Shown here piece after piece: positions 28,401 to 36,634 of a stretch of 64,000 nucleotides of DNA. Source of the stretch: Candidatus Methylacidiphilales bacterium (GTDB lineage: Bacteria > Verrucomicrobiota > Verrucomicrobiia > Methylacidiphilales > JAAUTS01); NCBI GenBank assembly GCA_038250235.1, contig JBBSCO010000007.1, forward strand, positions 1,477 through 65,476, written 5' to 3'. Position numbers and translations under genes: made by a program. Position 1 is the stretch's first letter; every line of letters starts with the position of its first letter. The notes beneath the pieces were generated by a model. That model worked only from the letters and a program-made list of their open reading frames with translations. It was not told the DNA's origin and searched no databases.

Positions 28401-31400
28401 TACTTTAACCGGCAATTCAACCGCCAATAGCTGGTTGTTGACCGGTTCAGATGCGGGTTCTCTTAATAGCGTTGTTTTTTCCAGTATTGAAAATTTGACT
28501 GGCAACGTGCTGGCCGACAGCTTTACCTTGAGCGGCCCGGGTGTTTTGTCCGGATCGATTGATGGCGGGAACGGTGCGGATACGATCAGTTACCTGGGAT
28601 CGGGAAACCCCATCGATGTGCTGTTGAGTTCCGCACGGGCCGGAACGGTGACCAACTTGACTGACAGTTCCAGTTTTACTTTTAGCAACATCGAACAGAT
28701 CGACGGGGAAACCGGCAGGAGTAACAGTCTGACGCTGCAGAACGGGGGTGTGACGGTGACGATTGGTCAGGTGGACGGCGGGGACACAGGGGCGGGGGGC
28801 ATTACTTTCAGCTCATTTGATGCGATCACGGGCGGCGATGATAATGATATTTTCATCATCTCCAATACAGGAACCCTAACCGGGGCGCTGGACGGCGGGA
28901 ATGGCGAGGATACCCTGGATTACAGTTCCAACACTTTCGCGGTGACGGTGGATCTGGATTCGGGCGGAGCGACTCATGATTCCACCACGATCAGCTTTAG
29001 CAACATGGAGGCCCTGAGTGGCAACGGAACGGCCACAACGCTATTCCTGACTTCCAATGATGAGGTCGTTACGATTTCGTCCGCCGGCGCCGGGGATGTG
29101 GATGGTACGTTTACGTTCGATGGAGTGACTTCTCTGGATGGCAACGGGGGAGTGAATGAATTGGTCAATGGGACTTCCGGGGGTGTTACTTATAGGGTGA
29201 ATGGGGGTGATCTGGGGGAAATGACAGGACTGATTGACTTCAATGACTTTGGCACCCTGACCGGAAGCGGGTCCAACGACAGTTTTGTTTTGACAGATGG
29301 CGGCAGTCTTAGCGGGGCCATTGATGGTGCGGGGGGAAGCAACACGCTGAGTTACGTTTCCAGGACGGCTTCGGTGGCGGTGGATCTCGAGCAGGAGTCG
29401 GCCACGGACATTGCGGGAGGCTTTGCCAATATCGTGAGTTTCATTGGAGGCGGCGTGGCGGGAGACAACCTGGCTGGGGCGGATCTGGTCAACACTTGGA
29501 CATTGACCGGCGTTGGTAGAGGCACGGTTGATAGTGTAAATTTCGACGGATTTGAAGATCTGGTGGCGGGGAATGACGAGGATCTCTTCGTGATTGGTGT
29601 GGCAGCGGACTTTGCCTCCATCACGGGCAACGGAGGCAATACAAGGCTGGACTATTCAGGCAATACCTTGGGGGTGACCTTCGATCTGGACAGCGGCGAT
29701 GGGGCCCACGGTTCGATCACGATCAATACATCCGGCGTTACAGCCTTGTCAGGAAATGGATTGGATACAACCTTGATCCTGACGAGTTCAGACGAAATAG
29801 TAACTCTCACGGGTAGTGGAACAGGGGATGTGGACGGGAATCTTGAATTTGACGGGGTGACCCTGGTGGATGGAAATGGGGGTAGTGACGAACTGGTGAA
29901 CGACACGGGAGCCAGCCAGGTGTTTGCCATCGCGGATACGGATGAAGGTTCAATTACAGGCATTCTTTCCTACACGGGCTTCGGGAATCTGCGTGGAGAC
30001 GGGTCCGATACCCTGAGTTACTCGGGCTACACGGGAGGAGCAGTCACGGTGAATCTGGAGGATTTGACGGCGACGGCGCTCAGTGGGGAGTTTGATGGAA
30101 TGTCGGTGTTTGTAGGAAGTAGCGACAGCGGGGATACGTTGATTGGAGAGGATGCGGGTTTGGCTTGGATGATCAACGCGGCCAATGGAGGGTCTGCGGG
30201 AGCAACGACATTTACCTCTTTTGAAAACCTGACGGGTGGCAGTGGAACGGACGGGTTTAGCTTTACCAATCCAGGAAGCCTATCGGGATCACTGGATGGT
30301 GGAGCAGGAACCAATACCCTGACGGGAGATGCGGACGGTAATGCCTTCACGATAACGGGTGTTAATAGTGGAACCCTGACGGGTAAGATTACTGGTGGCT
30401 GGAGCGGTATCGGGAATCTGGTGGGAGGGGCAGCCGTGGACAGTTTTGCATTTGGAGGGGCAGGGGAGCTGACTGCGCTGGACGGAGCCGGTGGAAGCGA
30501 CACGTTAGCCGGGGATGATATAGCCAGAAATTTTTCCATCACTGGCATTAATGAGGGAACGCTGGCCGGATTGATCGGGGGAACCTGGTCTGCGATTGAA
30601 AGTCTGGCGGGAGGATCGAACAATGATTCGTTTGTGTTCAGCGATGGAGCGGCCTTATCTGGAACGATAGATGGGGGCGGCGGAGGCAACAACTTGGACT
30701 TCGGCACTTACACGATCGCGATCATTGTGAATCTACAGACAGGATCTGCCACGGGGACGGGAGGCTTCAGTAACATCGGAAGCTTCATGGGAGGGACGGC
30801 TTCGGATACCTTGACGGGAGCAGATACAGCAACGATCTGGGCCATCACGTCAAACAACTCCGGATCTGCGGGAAGCGTGAATTTCAGCTCATTTGAAAAT
30901 CTGACGGGAGGAAGTGGCAATGACAGTTTCGTCTTTTCAGATGGGATCGGCGTGAGTGGAACGGCCGATGGAGGCGGGGGAATTAACACTCTGGATTACA
31001 GTGCTTATTCAACAGCAGTCAGTGTGAACCTGCAAAGCCTGACGGCGACCGCTACGGGAGGATTCAGTAATATCGGAAGTTTAATTGGAGGAACGGTATT
31101 GGACACGCTCACCGGGGCGGATTTAACCAATAGCTGGAGTCTGACCGGACCCGGATCGGGAAGTGTGGGAGGCGTGAGCTTTAGCGGTTTTGAGTCACTG
31201 GTTGGCGGAAGCGCGACAGACAATTTTCAGTTTTCTAGCCCAGCGTCCTATACTTCGATTAATGGCGGACTGGGAAGTGACACAGCCGATTATTCCCTGT
31301 TGGCAGGACCGTTTTCGCTGATCGCGGGGGATCTGACAATGTTGATGGGGGCTTCCGCGTTTTCCAGTATTGAGTCCATAACCGGTTCGGCCTCCACAGC

Positions 31401-34400
31401 CAACTTGGTGAACGGACAGAATGTGGACACGACCTGGGATGTAAACGGGCTCAATGCCTTCACGGTGGCAGGCATCAACTACAATGGATTTGAAAACATC
31501 ACGGGTGGCAGCGCGGCGGACACCTTCAATTTTGAGACAGCAGGCTCGTTGACCGGTACGTTGAACGGCGGTTCCGGCGGGAACACCTTAAGTTATTCGG
31601 GCCGGTCAGCGTCAGTAAGCGTGAATCTGCAGACCGGGGTGGCGACAAGCATCGGCGGAACTTTCAGTAATATTGGTGATTTTGTGGGAGGTAATTATAC
31701 AGCGGACAGTTTGACCGGAGCGGATGTGACACAGACTTGGACGATTGACGGGTTGAACAGCGGCAACATCGGGGGGACGCTGACCTTTACGGGATTTGAA
31801 GGACTGACCGGAGGGAATCTGAACGATGTCTTTGCGATGGTGGACGGCGGCTCGATCGGAAGCATCGCTGGTGGAGGAGGAACGACCAACAGCTTGGACT
31901 ACAGTGCACGGACCGGGGCGGTGAGCGTTAACTTTGGAACAGGAGTAGCGACGGGAATCACGAACTTCAGCGGGATCAATACGTTGTTGGGTAATGCAGC
32001 GACCTCTCTGACGCTGAACGCGGGCAACGACAGTGTGCAGATCACAACGGCCAATGCCGGGAACGTGAACAGTGGACAGTTGACTTACAGTTCGGTGCAG
32101 ATACTGGACGGAGTGGGCGGAATTAATACCCTGATCGGACGCAACGTGGCCAACACCTTTGCGGTGACCGGGATGGATAGTGGAACGGTGGACGGAGTCG
32201 CTTTCAGTAATTTCGGGAACTTGACAGGAAATGCACTGGCGGATCAGTTCCAATTCCAGGTGGGAGGAATCTTAAGCGGTGCAATCGACGGTGCGGGGGG
32301 GACAAATGCCCTCCAAGGGGACGATGCCAACCGGAGTTGGACCATCAATGGGAACTCCACAGGATCTGTTAGTGTTTTGGTGGGATCATTTGCTTTCATT
32401 CAAAGTCTGGTGGGTGGCAATCTGGCAGATACGTTCATCGTGGCGGATAGTGGGGCGATGGCTTCCATCATTGGAGGTTCGGGATCGAACGCCTTGGATT
32501 ACAGCACCCGAACAGGTGTGGTGAGCGTGAGTTTTTTCGGAGGATCTGGCAGTGGCACAGGTGTGACGGCCTACAGCAATATCGGAGTGTTGACAGGTAA
32601 TACCTCAACCTCGCTGGCCCTGAATTCGGGCAACGACAGTGTGCAAATCACAGCGGCCAATGCGGGGAACGTTAACAGCGGGCAGTTGGTTTACAGTTCG
32701 GTGCAGACATTGGACGGAGTGGGCGGAATTAATACCCTGATCGGACGCAACGTGGCCAACACCTTTGCGGTGACCGGGATGGACAGTGGGACGGTGGACG
32801 GAGTCGCTTTCAGTAATTTCGGGAACCTGACAGGTAATGCGGCGGCGGATGTGTTCCAGTTACAGACGGGTGGCAGCCTTAGCGGAAATATCAATGGAGC
32901 AGCAGGTACGAATACGTTGACTTATGCGGGACGTGCGGCTGCGGTGAACGTAAACCTGCAGTCCGTGGTGGCAACGGACATTGCTGGAAGCTTCAGCACT
33001 ATTGGTGAATTTGCGGGCGGCAGCAATACGGGAGACAGCCTGACCGGAGTCAATGCGGTGCAGACATGGACGATCAATGGAGTGGACAGTGGCAACATTG
33101 GTGGAACGGTGACTTTTGCTTCCTTTGAAAATGTCAACGGTGGCTCGCAGGCTGATACTTTCACCTTCAGCGGCATTGGCTCGCTCGCTGGTTCTTTGAA
33201 TGCGGGTGCTGGAAATGATCTCATCAACCTTGGAGCCGCAGGTGTGACCGGAGGCAATGTTGATATGGGTGACGATGACGACACTCTGAACATGGGTAGC
33301 GGTGGAAGCATTACGGGAACGCTGACGGGAGGAACCGGAACGGACAATATCAGTTTTGCAGGTAGAAGTCCGCTCGTGACGGTGAATCTGGCTTTGGCTT
33401 CTGCCACCGACATACTGTTAGGGGCTGCATCCGGATTTACCAGTATAGAGAACATCACAGGGGGATCCAATGCGGCTGATCAACTGACGGGGGCCAATGT
33501 TATTGGACAAAGTTGGGTGATCAATGGAACCAACACTGGAACAGTCGGTGGACTGGCTTTCAGCTTCAGCAGCTTTGAAAATCTGACTGGCGGAACCCAG
33601 ACAGACAGCTTCACTTTTTCCGGTGCTGGTGCGCTCAGCGGCAATTTATCCGACCTGAATTCTGAAACGACTCTTTCCGGTGCAGTAGTGGCCGCTCGAA
33701 TCCAATTGGTGAATGTTCTGCTTGCCTCGAATGTCGTTCTTAATACATCTGCTGCAAATGGAATGATCCAAGTGAGTGCTGTGAACGGGAACGGCTTTAG
33801 TCTGGGTTTTTCGAGCGGAACGGGAACCAAAACAATTTCGGGTGCTGTCACCCTGTTGAGTGCTGCCGCCGGTCCGGCTTTGAGTTTGCAGGGCAGTGGG
33901 TTGACTACCTTCAGTAGCTCCGTGATCAGCACAATGGGAGGGATTGACGGGTCGGGGGCCGGCAATGTGAATTTTGGAGGGAATATAACCCTGGGTGATG
34001 GCAGCACTGGTTCCAACTTTGCCGGGTTGGTTACTTTCACTGCAGCCGGTGGGACGGCCTTCAGCGGCTTTGACGGGTTGATATTGAATGGAGGGCTTTC
34101 CTTGGGTGGCAATAGCAGCATTACTTCCAACGGTTCCACCCTATTAATGACGGCGTTGGACGGAAATGCCAACAGCCTGATTTTGAATGCGGGGACGGGA
34201 ATCCTGACGATCAGTGGTGCTGCCATCGATCTAAGCTCCCTGACGTCTACGGCCACGACCAGTAATCTTCAGATTGTCACAACGAGCGGTAATCAAAGCT
34301 ACACCGGGTCAGTGATTGGAATGGGACTGCTGACGGCGGACAACCTCACCTTACAGGGTGTGGGCAATGTTTCAGCCGGAGGCCTGACACGTCTACAGAC

Positions 34401-36531
34401 TTCAGTCAATTCTCTGCTCCTGGGCAAGTCATCGGGAAATGCTTTCATCCAAGAGGTCGATGGAATCAATCTGAGCGGAATCAACGTGGGTGTGGATGCG
34501 GGATTTTTGGATCTCCTTGTCAGTGCAGGTGACATGACGCAAACAGGATCTTTGGATCTGACGGGAGATGCGGTTCTGACCACGTCCGGAGGCTCGATCC
34601 GGCAAAGCGTAGGGGTTCTCAACTCAATCAACGCAACACTGGTTTCAGCCGGGGGTATCGGGACCCTTTTAGAGGCTTTTGATACCAGCACCACCGGTCT
34701 GGTCACTCTTGCCACATCAGGTATTGGTGCTGCAGGCGATATCAATTTGGCAGAAGCCAACGCACTTTCGACCTCCGCCTCGCGACTGCTGGTGACAACG
34801 GATGCCAGTAAACAGTCGGTTCGCCTGATTGCGGGCGGGGCTTCTTTTGCGATTACCCAGTCCTTCGGGAATACAACGGACGATCTGCTTCTATCCGCTG
34901 TCAACGGCTCGATTGTGATCACCAATCCTGCCGCAGTAGTCTCCGCCGATGTGTTGGCGTTGCAGTCAGGAGGGGCCAACGGAGACATCGGAACCCTGAC
35001 GAATCCCCTGCGCATCAATGCTGGCACGGTTCAATTTACTGCCACGGGAAACGGACAGGTGCAGATCCGTGAAGCCAACATGGTTACGATCACTGGAAGC
35101 AGTGTTTCCGGAAATATCCGCATTATTTCCAGTGATACACTAACGGTTGGCGGCAACATCAGCACCACCGGCAGTATTAGTCTGGAGACTCTGGGCAACA
35201 ATATCGAAGGGGTGACCGTTGGCACTCCCACCATCACGGCTAATTTTCTGAATATGGAAGCGCCGGGCTCGATTATTTTCAATAATCTGACCATCAATGC
35301 GGCAAGCGGTGTCAGTTTCAGCAACCTTGCTGCGCTTGGTAATCTTACGGTGGGAGGTAACTTTACCATGACGGCAGGAGGATCAATTTCGCAGATTGCG
35401 GGAACTTCCGTGAATGTCGGCGGTTTGTTTACGGTGAACGCAGTGGGACAATCCGTAGTTCTGGACCGGACGGGCAACCAATTTGGTCTGGTTCGCATCA
35501 ATGCCGCAAGTCTTGTCTTGAATGAATCAAACTCCACTCTTCTCGATCAGATTCAAGTAGCTGGTCTTTTGGATATCACCTCCGCAGGCTCCATCTCACA
35601 GGTCGCTCTTGCCGCGATCAGGGCCAGCAGTCTTCGTCTCAGTTCAGGCGGCACGATTTTGTTGAATAGTTTCACCAATGAGGTTGCTGTTTTGGGCGAT
35701 GTTGCCCGTGGTGGTTTTTTCCAGTTCTTCAACAGCACAGCTTTGGTCATAACCGGACTGATGAACACCGGGGACATCACATCTGAAATCGAGATCGTGA
35801 CCCAGAGCAATATGACAATTCAGAATGGCACCCAAATTCGCGTTGATGGCGGAACAAGCGAAATCATTCTGGCAAGTCGGAGCGGGCAGTTCCTTAATCA
35901 GAGTGTTACGAATCCCCTTCTTCTCGGAGCGGCAAACCGCTTCCTCATTTATAGCGGCACAGAAGCCCTGACAACACTGGGTTCGATCTCCGCAACCTAC
36001 ACTCAATTTGGATCCCCCTATGCCCAGCCCGGCCTTGGTTCCGGTAACGGATTGCTTCTCCGCGAAATACTGGGCGTTGGGCCTGTGGTGGTGCTGAATC
36101 CGAGCAACCCCGTAGGAGGAAGCGTTAATACGAACGTGGGGGATTTCGGGCTGCGTTCCATCGAGTTGGATTTTAACGCGTCACGTTTAGGCCGCTTTGG
36201 AGCAGGTGGCTTTGAACGACTTTCGGTGATCGGCGCCAATGGGGAAGGATCTCTGGGGGGATTGAGTCTGGAAGACATCATGAAAGTTCTGGAGAAGGAT
36301 ATTTCCAAGGAGGCCCGGGATGAGTTGATGGCTGCCTGGCAGTCGATGCAGGGCGAAGGGTTTGATCCGCGTGAGTCCATTCTGCCGGCGGGATTGGTTT
36401 ATCTGCAGGACTCTAAAGGGCGGGCCGTGGTTATTCTCCCCGGCCAGCTGATGGATTCCCTGGCACCGCTCCTGAATGACCAGGAACGTGCACGCCTGAG
36501 TTCCCTGCTGGCCGGACTGGGACAACCCTAA
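25495..36531 (+). CDS. Giant two-partner-secretion exoprotein (TpsA; filamentous-haemagglutinin-type, 3,678 aa)
   Basis: The ATG at 25495 gives the signal peptide MKKANRTGERLLRAAVVLLFACMVNAPFALKA. The TPS domain follows (QVVAGSATFD, NWQDFSVG, TQFIQP, VNRVTG, ILINPNGVMVG). Next comes GNGGFVEVSGK...GTLLLDPDNIII, then a long Gly/Thr/Ser/Asn-rich beta-helix-type repeat region. The track ORF starts at an upstream GTG (25378). Confidence 0.9.
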   Translation: MKKANRTGERLLRAAVVLLFACMVNAPFALKANPQGEQVVAGSATFDRSADRLNITTSNQVIINWQDFSVGQNETTQFIQPGSSSVAVNRVVTGNPSAIYGNLIGNGQIILINPNGVMVGSGGKVDTGGFLASTLDMPNGSFFNGQDWRFSGNSEASIINNGQIRARAGDVIMIARQVENHGRLSAPDGVVALGAGVEVLVSRAEDAARRIYVQPSQGQGGSSIWNTGSAEAIQVEFEAAGRNPFALAINNEGVIRATGSVQREGRVFLVSKGGTLQHSGSIYATNKDGSGGYVKLMGKPQHDVSTVLVSGTIEAKGNSLLAGGRLEILGDQIALTKGAAITVSGKNGGTVLVGGDYQGKNPDIYNAQKVFVGEGVTIYANALENGDGGKVIFWADDWTKFYGYVEARGGELAGNGGFVEVSGKRSLSFDGAVDLRAAYGTTGTLLLDPDNIIIANAASSVDDGELSDQQIFFDDGTGTFTISNTALVASLATANTQLQANIKITVNGSVVSTSGFSLTLQAQQIELAAGVSISLGTGTIVIDANTGGTATADNIDAFLMNTGSQLVTSSGNITVASIGSSGINSRAIRLDGATISSVSGAINLSGTAAGTNGNSHAIQILGGSSITSTGASTIALTGIGNAGGSDGVLSVADANVIGGLSASGNITITTNNYNVTNATLQSSGNLVIKADSAATSIGVAGGVGTLSISTTEMEKILDGFASITFGDVVSGTGAVTVNSSTFTDSVTFAGGDMGLAAVNAGSNNLTLQSNAGTVTQSGVLTASMLTLNGAGGTFTLNTQNNNVTNLAGNTGSITFRDDNGFSTGILATTENITLETTESLMLGGAITSSSGVISLSTSGMGKSLTLSSGADFVMLANTTGTGSISQLNGVATNTDFSGFASINGGDGIDSLTGTATGQTWVITAADTGTIGGFGFGSFENITGGADVDFFSFAGTGSLSGTLAGGGGSDTLTGNSTANSWLLTGSDAGSLNSVVFSSIENLTGNVLADSFTLSGPGVLSGSIDGGNGADTISYLGSGNPIDVLLSSARAGTVTNLTDSSSFTFSNIEQIDGETGRSNSLTLQNGGVTVTIGQVDGGDTGAGGITFSSFDAITGGDDNDIFIISNTGTLTGALDGGNGEDTLDYSSNTFAVTVDLDSGGATHDSTTISFSNMEALSGNGTATTLFLTSNDEVVTISSAGAGDVDGTFTFDGVTSLDGNGGVNELVNGTSGGVTYRVNGGDLGEMTGLIDFNDFGTLTGSGSNDSFVLTDGGSLSGAIDGAGGSNTLSYVSRTASVAVDLEQESATDIAGGFANIVSFIGGGVAGDNLAGADLVNTWTLTGVGRGTVDSVNFDGFEDLVAGNDEDLFVIGVAADFASITGNGGNTRLDYSGNTLGVTFDLDSGDGAHGSITINTSGVTALSGNGLDTTLILTSSDEIVTLTGSGTGDVDGNLEFDGVTLVDGNGGSDELVNDTGASQVFAIADTDEGSITGILSYTGFGNLRGDGSDTLSYSGYTGGAVTVNLEDLTATALSGEFDGMSVFVGSSDSGDTLIGEDAGLAWMINAANGGSAGATTFTSFENLTGGSGTDGFSFTNPGSLSGSLDGGAGTNTLTGDADGNAFTITGVNSGTLTGKITGGWSGIGNLVGGAAVDSFAFGGAGELTALDGAGGSDTLAGDDIARNFSITGINEGTLAGLIGGTWSAIESLAGGSNNDSFVFSDGAALSGTIDGGGGGNNLDFGTYTIAIIVNLQTGSATGTGGFSNIGSFMGGTASDTLTGADTATIWAITSNNSGSAGSVNFSSFENLTGGSGNDSFVFSDGIGVSGTADGGGGINTLDYSAYSTAVSVNLQSLTATATGGFSNIGSLIGGTVLDTLTGADLTNSWSLTGPGSGSVGGVSFSGFESLVGGSATDNFQFSSPASYTSINGGLGSDTADYSLLAGPFSLIAGDLTMLMGASAFSSIESITGSASTANLVNGQNVDTTWDVNGLNAFTVAGINYNGFENITGGSAADTFNFETAGSLTGTLNGGSGGNTLSYSGRSASVSVNLQTGVATSIGGTFSNIGDFVGGNYTADSLTGADVTQTWTIDGLNSGNIGGTLTFTGFEGLTGGNLNDVFAMVDGGSIGSIAGGGGTTNSLDYSARTGAVSVNFGTGVATGITNFSGINTLLGNAATSLTLNAGNDSVQITTANAGNVNSGQLTYSSVQILDGVGGINTLIGRNVANTFAVTGMDSGTVDGVAFSNFGNLTGNALADQFQFQVGGILSGAIDGAGGTNALQGDDANRSWTINGNSTGSVSVLVGSFAFIQSLVGGNLADTFIVADSGAMASIIGGSGSNALDYSTRTGVVSVSFFGGSGSGTGVTAYSNIGVLTGNTSTSLALNSGNDSVQITAANAGNVNSGQLVYSSVQTLDGVGGINTLIGRNVANTFAVTGMDSGTVDGVAFSNFGNLTGNAAADVFQLQTGGSLSGNINGAAGTNTLTYAGRAAAVNVNLQSVVATDIAGSFSTIGEFAGGSNTGDSLTGVNAVQTWTINGVDSGNIGGTVTFASFENVNGGSQADTFTFSGIGSLAGSLNAGAGNDLINLGAAGVTGGNVDMGDDDDTLNMGSGGSITGTLTGGTGTDNISFAGRSPLVTVNLALASATDILLGAASGFTSIENITGGSNAADQLTGANVIGQSWVINGTNTGTVGGLAFSFSSFENLTGGTQTDSFTFSGAGALSGNLSDLNSETTLSGAVVAARIQLVNVLLASNVVLNTSAANGMIQVSAVNGNGFSLGFSSGTGTKTISGAVTLLSAAAGPALSLQGSGLTTFSSSVISTMGGIDGSGAGNVNFGGNITLGDGSTGSNFAGLVTFTAAGGTAFSGFDGLILNGGLSLGGNSSITSNGSTLLMTALDGNANSLILNAGTGILTISGAAIDLSSLTSTATTSNLQIVTTSGNQSYTGSVIGMGLLTADNLTLQGVGNVSAGGLTRLQTSVNSLLLGKSSGNAFIQEVDGINLSGINVGVDAGFLDLLVSAGDMTQTGSLDLTGDAVLTTSGGSIRQSVGVLNSINATLVSAGGIGTLLEAFDTSTTGLVTLATSGIGAAGDINLAEANALSTSASRLLVTTDASKQSVRLIAGGASFAITQSFGNTTDDLLLSAVNGSIVITNPAAVVSADVLALQSGGANGDIGTLTNPLRINAGTVQFTATGNGQVQIREANMVTITGSSVSGNIRIISSDTLTVGGNISTTGSISLETLGNNIEGVTVGTPTITANFLNMEAPGSIIFNNLTINAASGVSFSNLAALGNLTVGGNFTMTAGGSISQIAGTSVNVGGLFTVNAVGQSVVLDRTGNQFGLVRINAASLVLNESNSTLLDQIQVAGLLDITSAGSISQVALAAIRASSLRLSSGGTILLNSFTNEVAVLGDVARGGFFQFFNSTALVITGLMNTGDITSEIEIVTQSNMTIQNGTQIRVDGGTSEIILASRSGQFLNQSVTNPLLLGAANRFLIYSGTEALTTLGSISATYTQFGSPYAQPGLGSGNGLLLREILGVGPVVVLNPSNPVGGSVNTNVGDFGLRSIELDFNASRLGRFGAGGFERLSVIGANGEGSLGGLSLEDIMKVLEKDISKEARDELMAAWQSMQGEGFDPRESILPAGLVYLQDSKGRAVVILPGQLMDSLAPLLNDQERARLSSLLAGLGQP
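28180..33660 (+). repeat. Coding repeat array inside tpsA: about 100-aa units containing GGxGxD/N-T-L and F-x-N-[IL]-x-x-[LI]-T-G-G motifs
   Basis: Recurrent strings include GGGGSDTLTG, GGNGADTISY, GGNGEDTLDYS, GAGGSNTLSY, GGAGTNTLTG and GGGGINTLDYS. They alternate with FENITGG, IENLTGN, FENLTGGSG, FESLVGGSA and W.I.G...G. The units diverge at the DNA level except for the 606-bp duplication at 32.0-32.8 kb. Confidence 0.8.
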
Positions 36532-36634
36532 ATCTGTTTTGACAGTGAGACTCCTGACCGCAAAGCTCGTCGCACTCACTGCCATGGAAGAAGGTGTTAC
36601 CACAGAACCGTTTATTGTTGGCATCTGCAATCGG

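Noticed and set aside
28180-33660. The repetitive stretch could be mistaken for a CRISPR array or a non-coding tandem repeat.
   Set aside because: The repeats are about 300 nt long and strongly diverged at the DNA level. They lie inside one continuous 11-kb reading frame and have no short conserved direct repeats with unique spacers.
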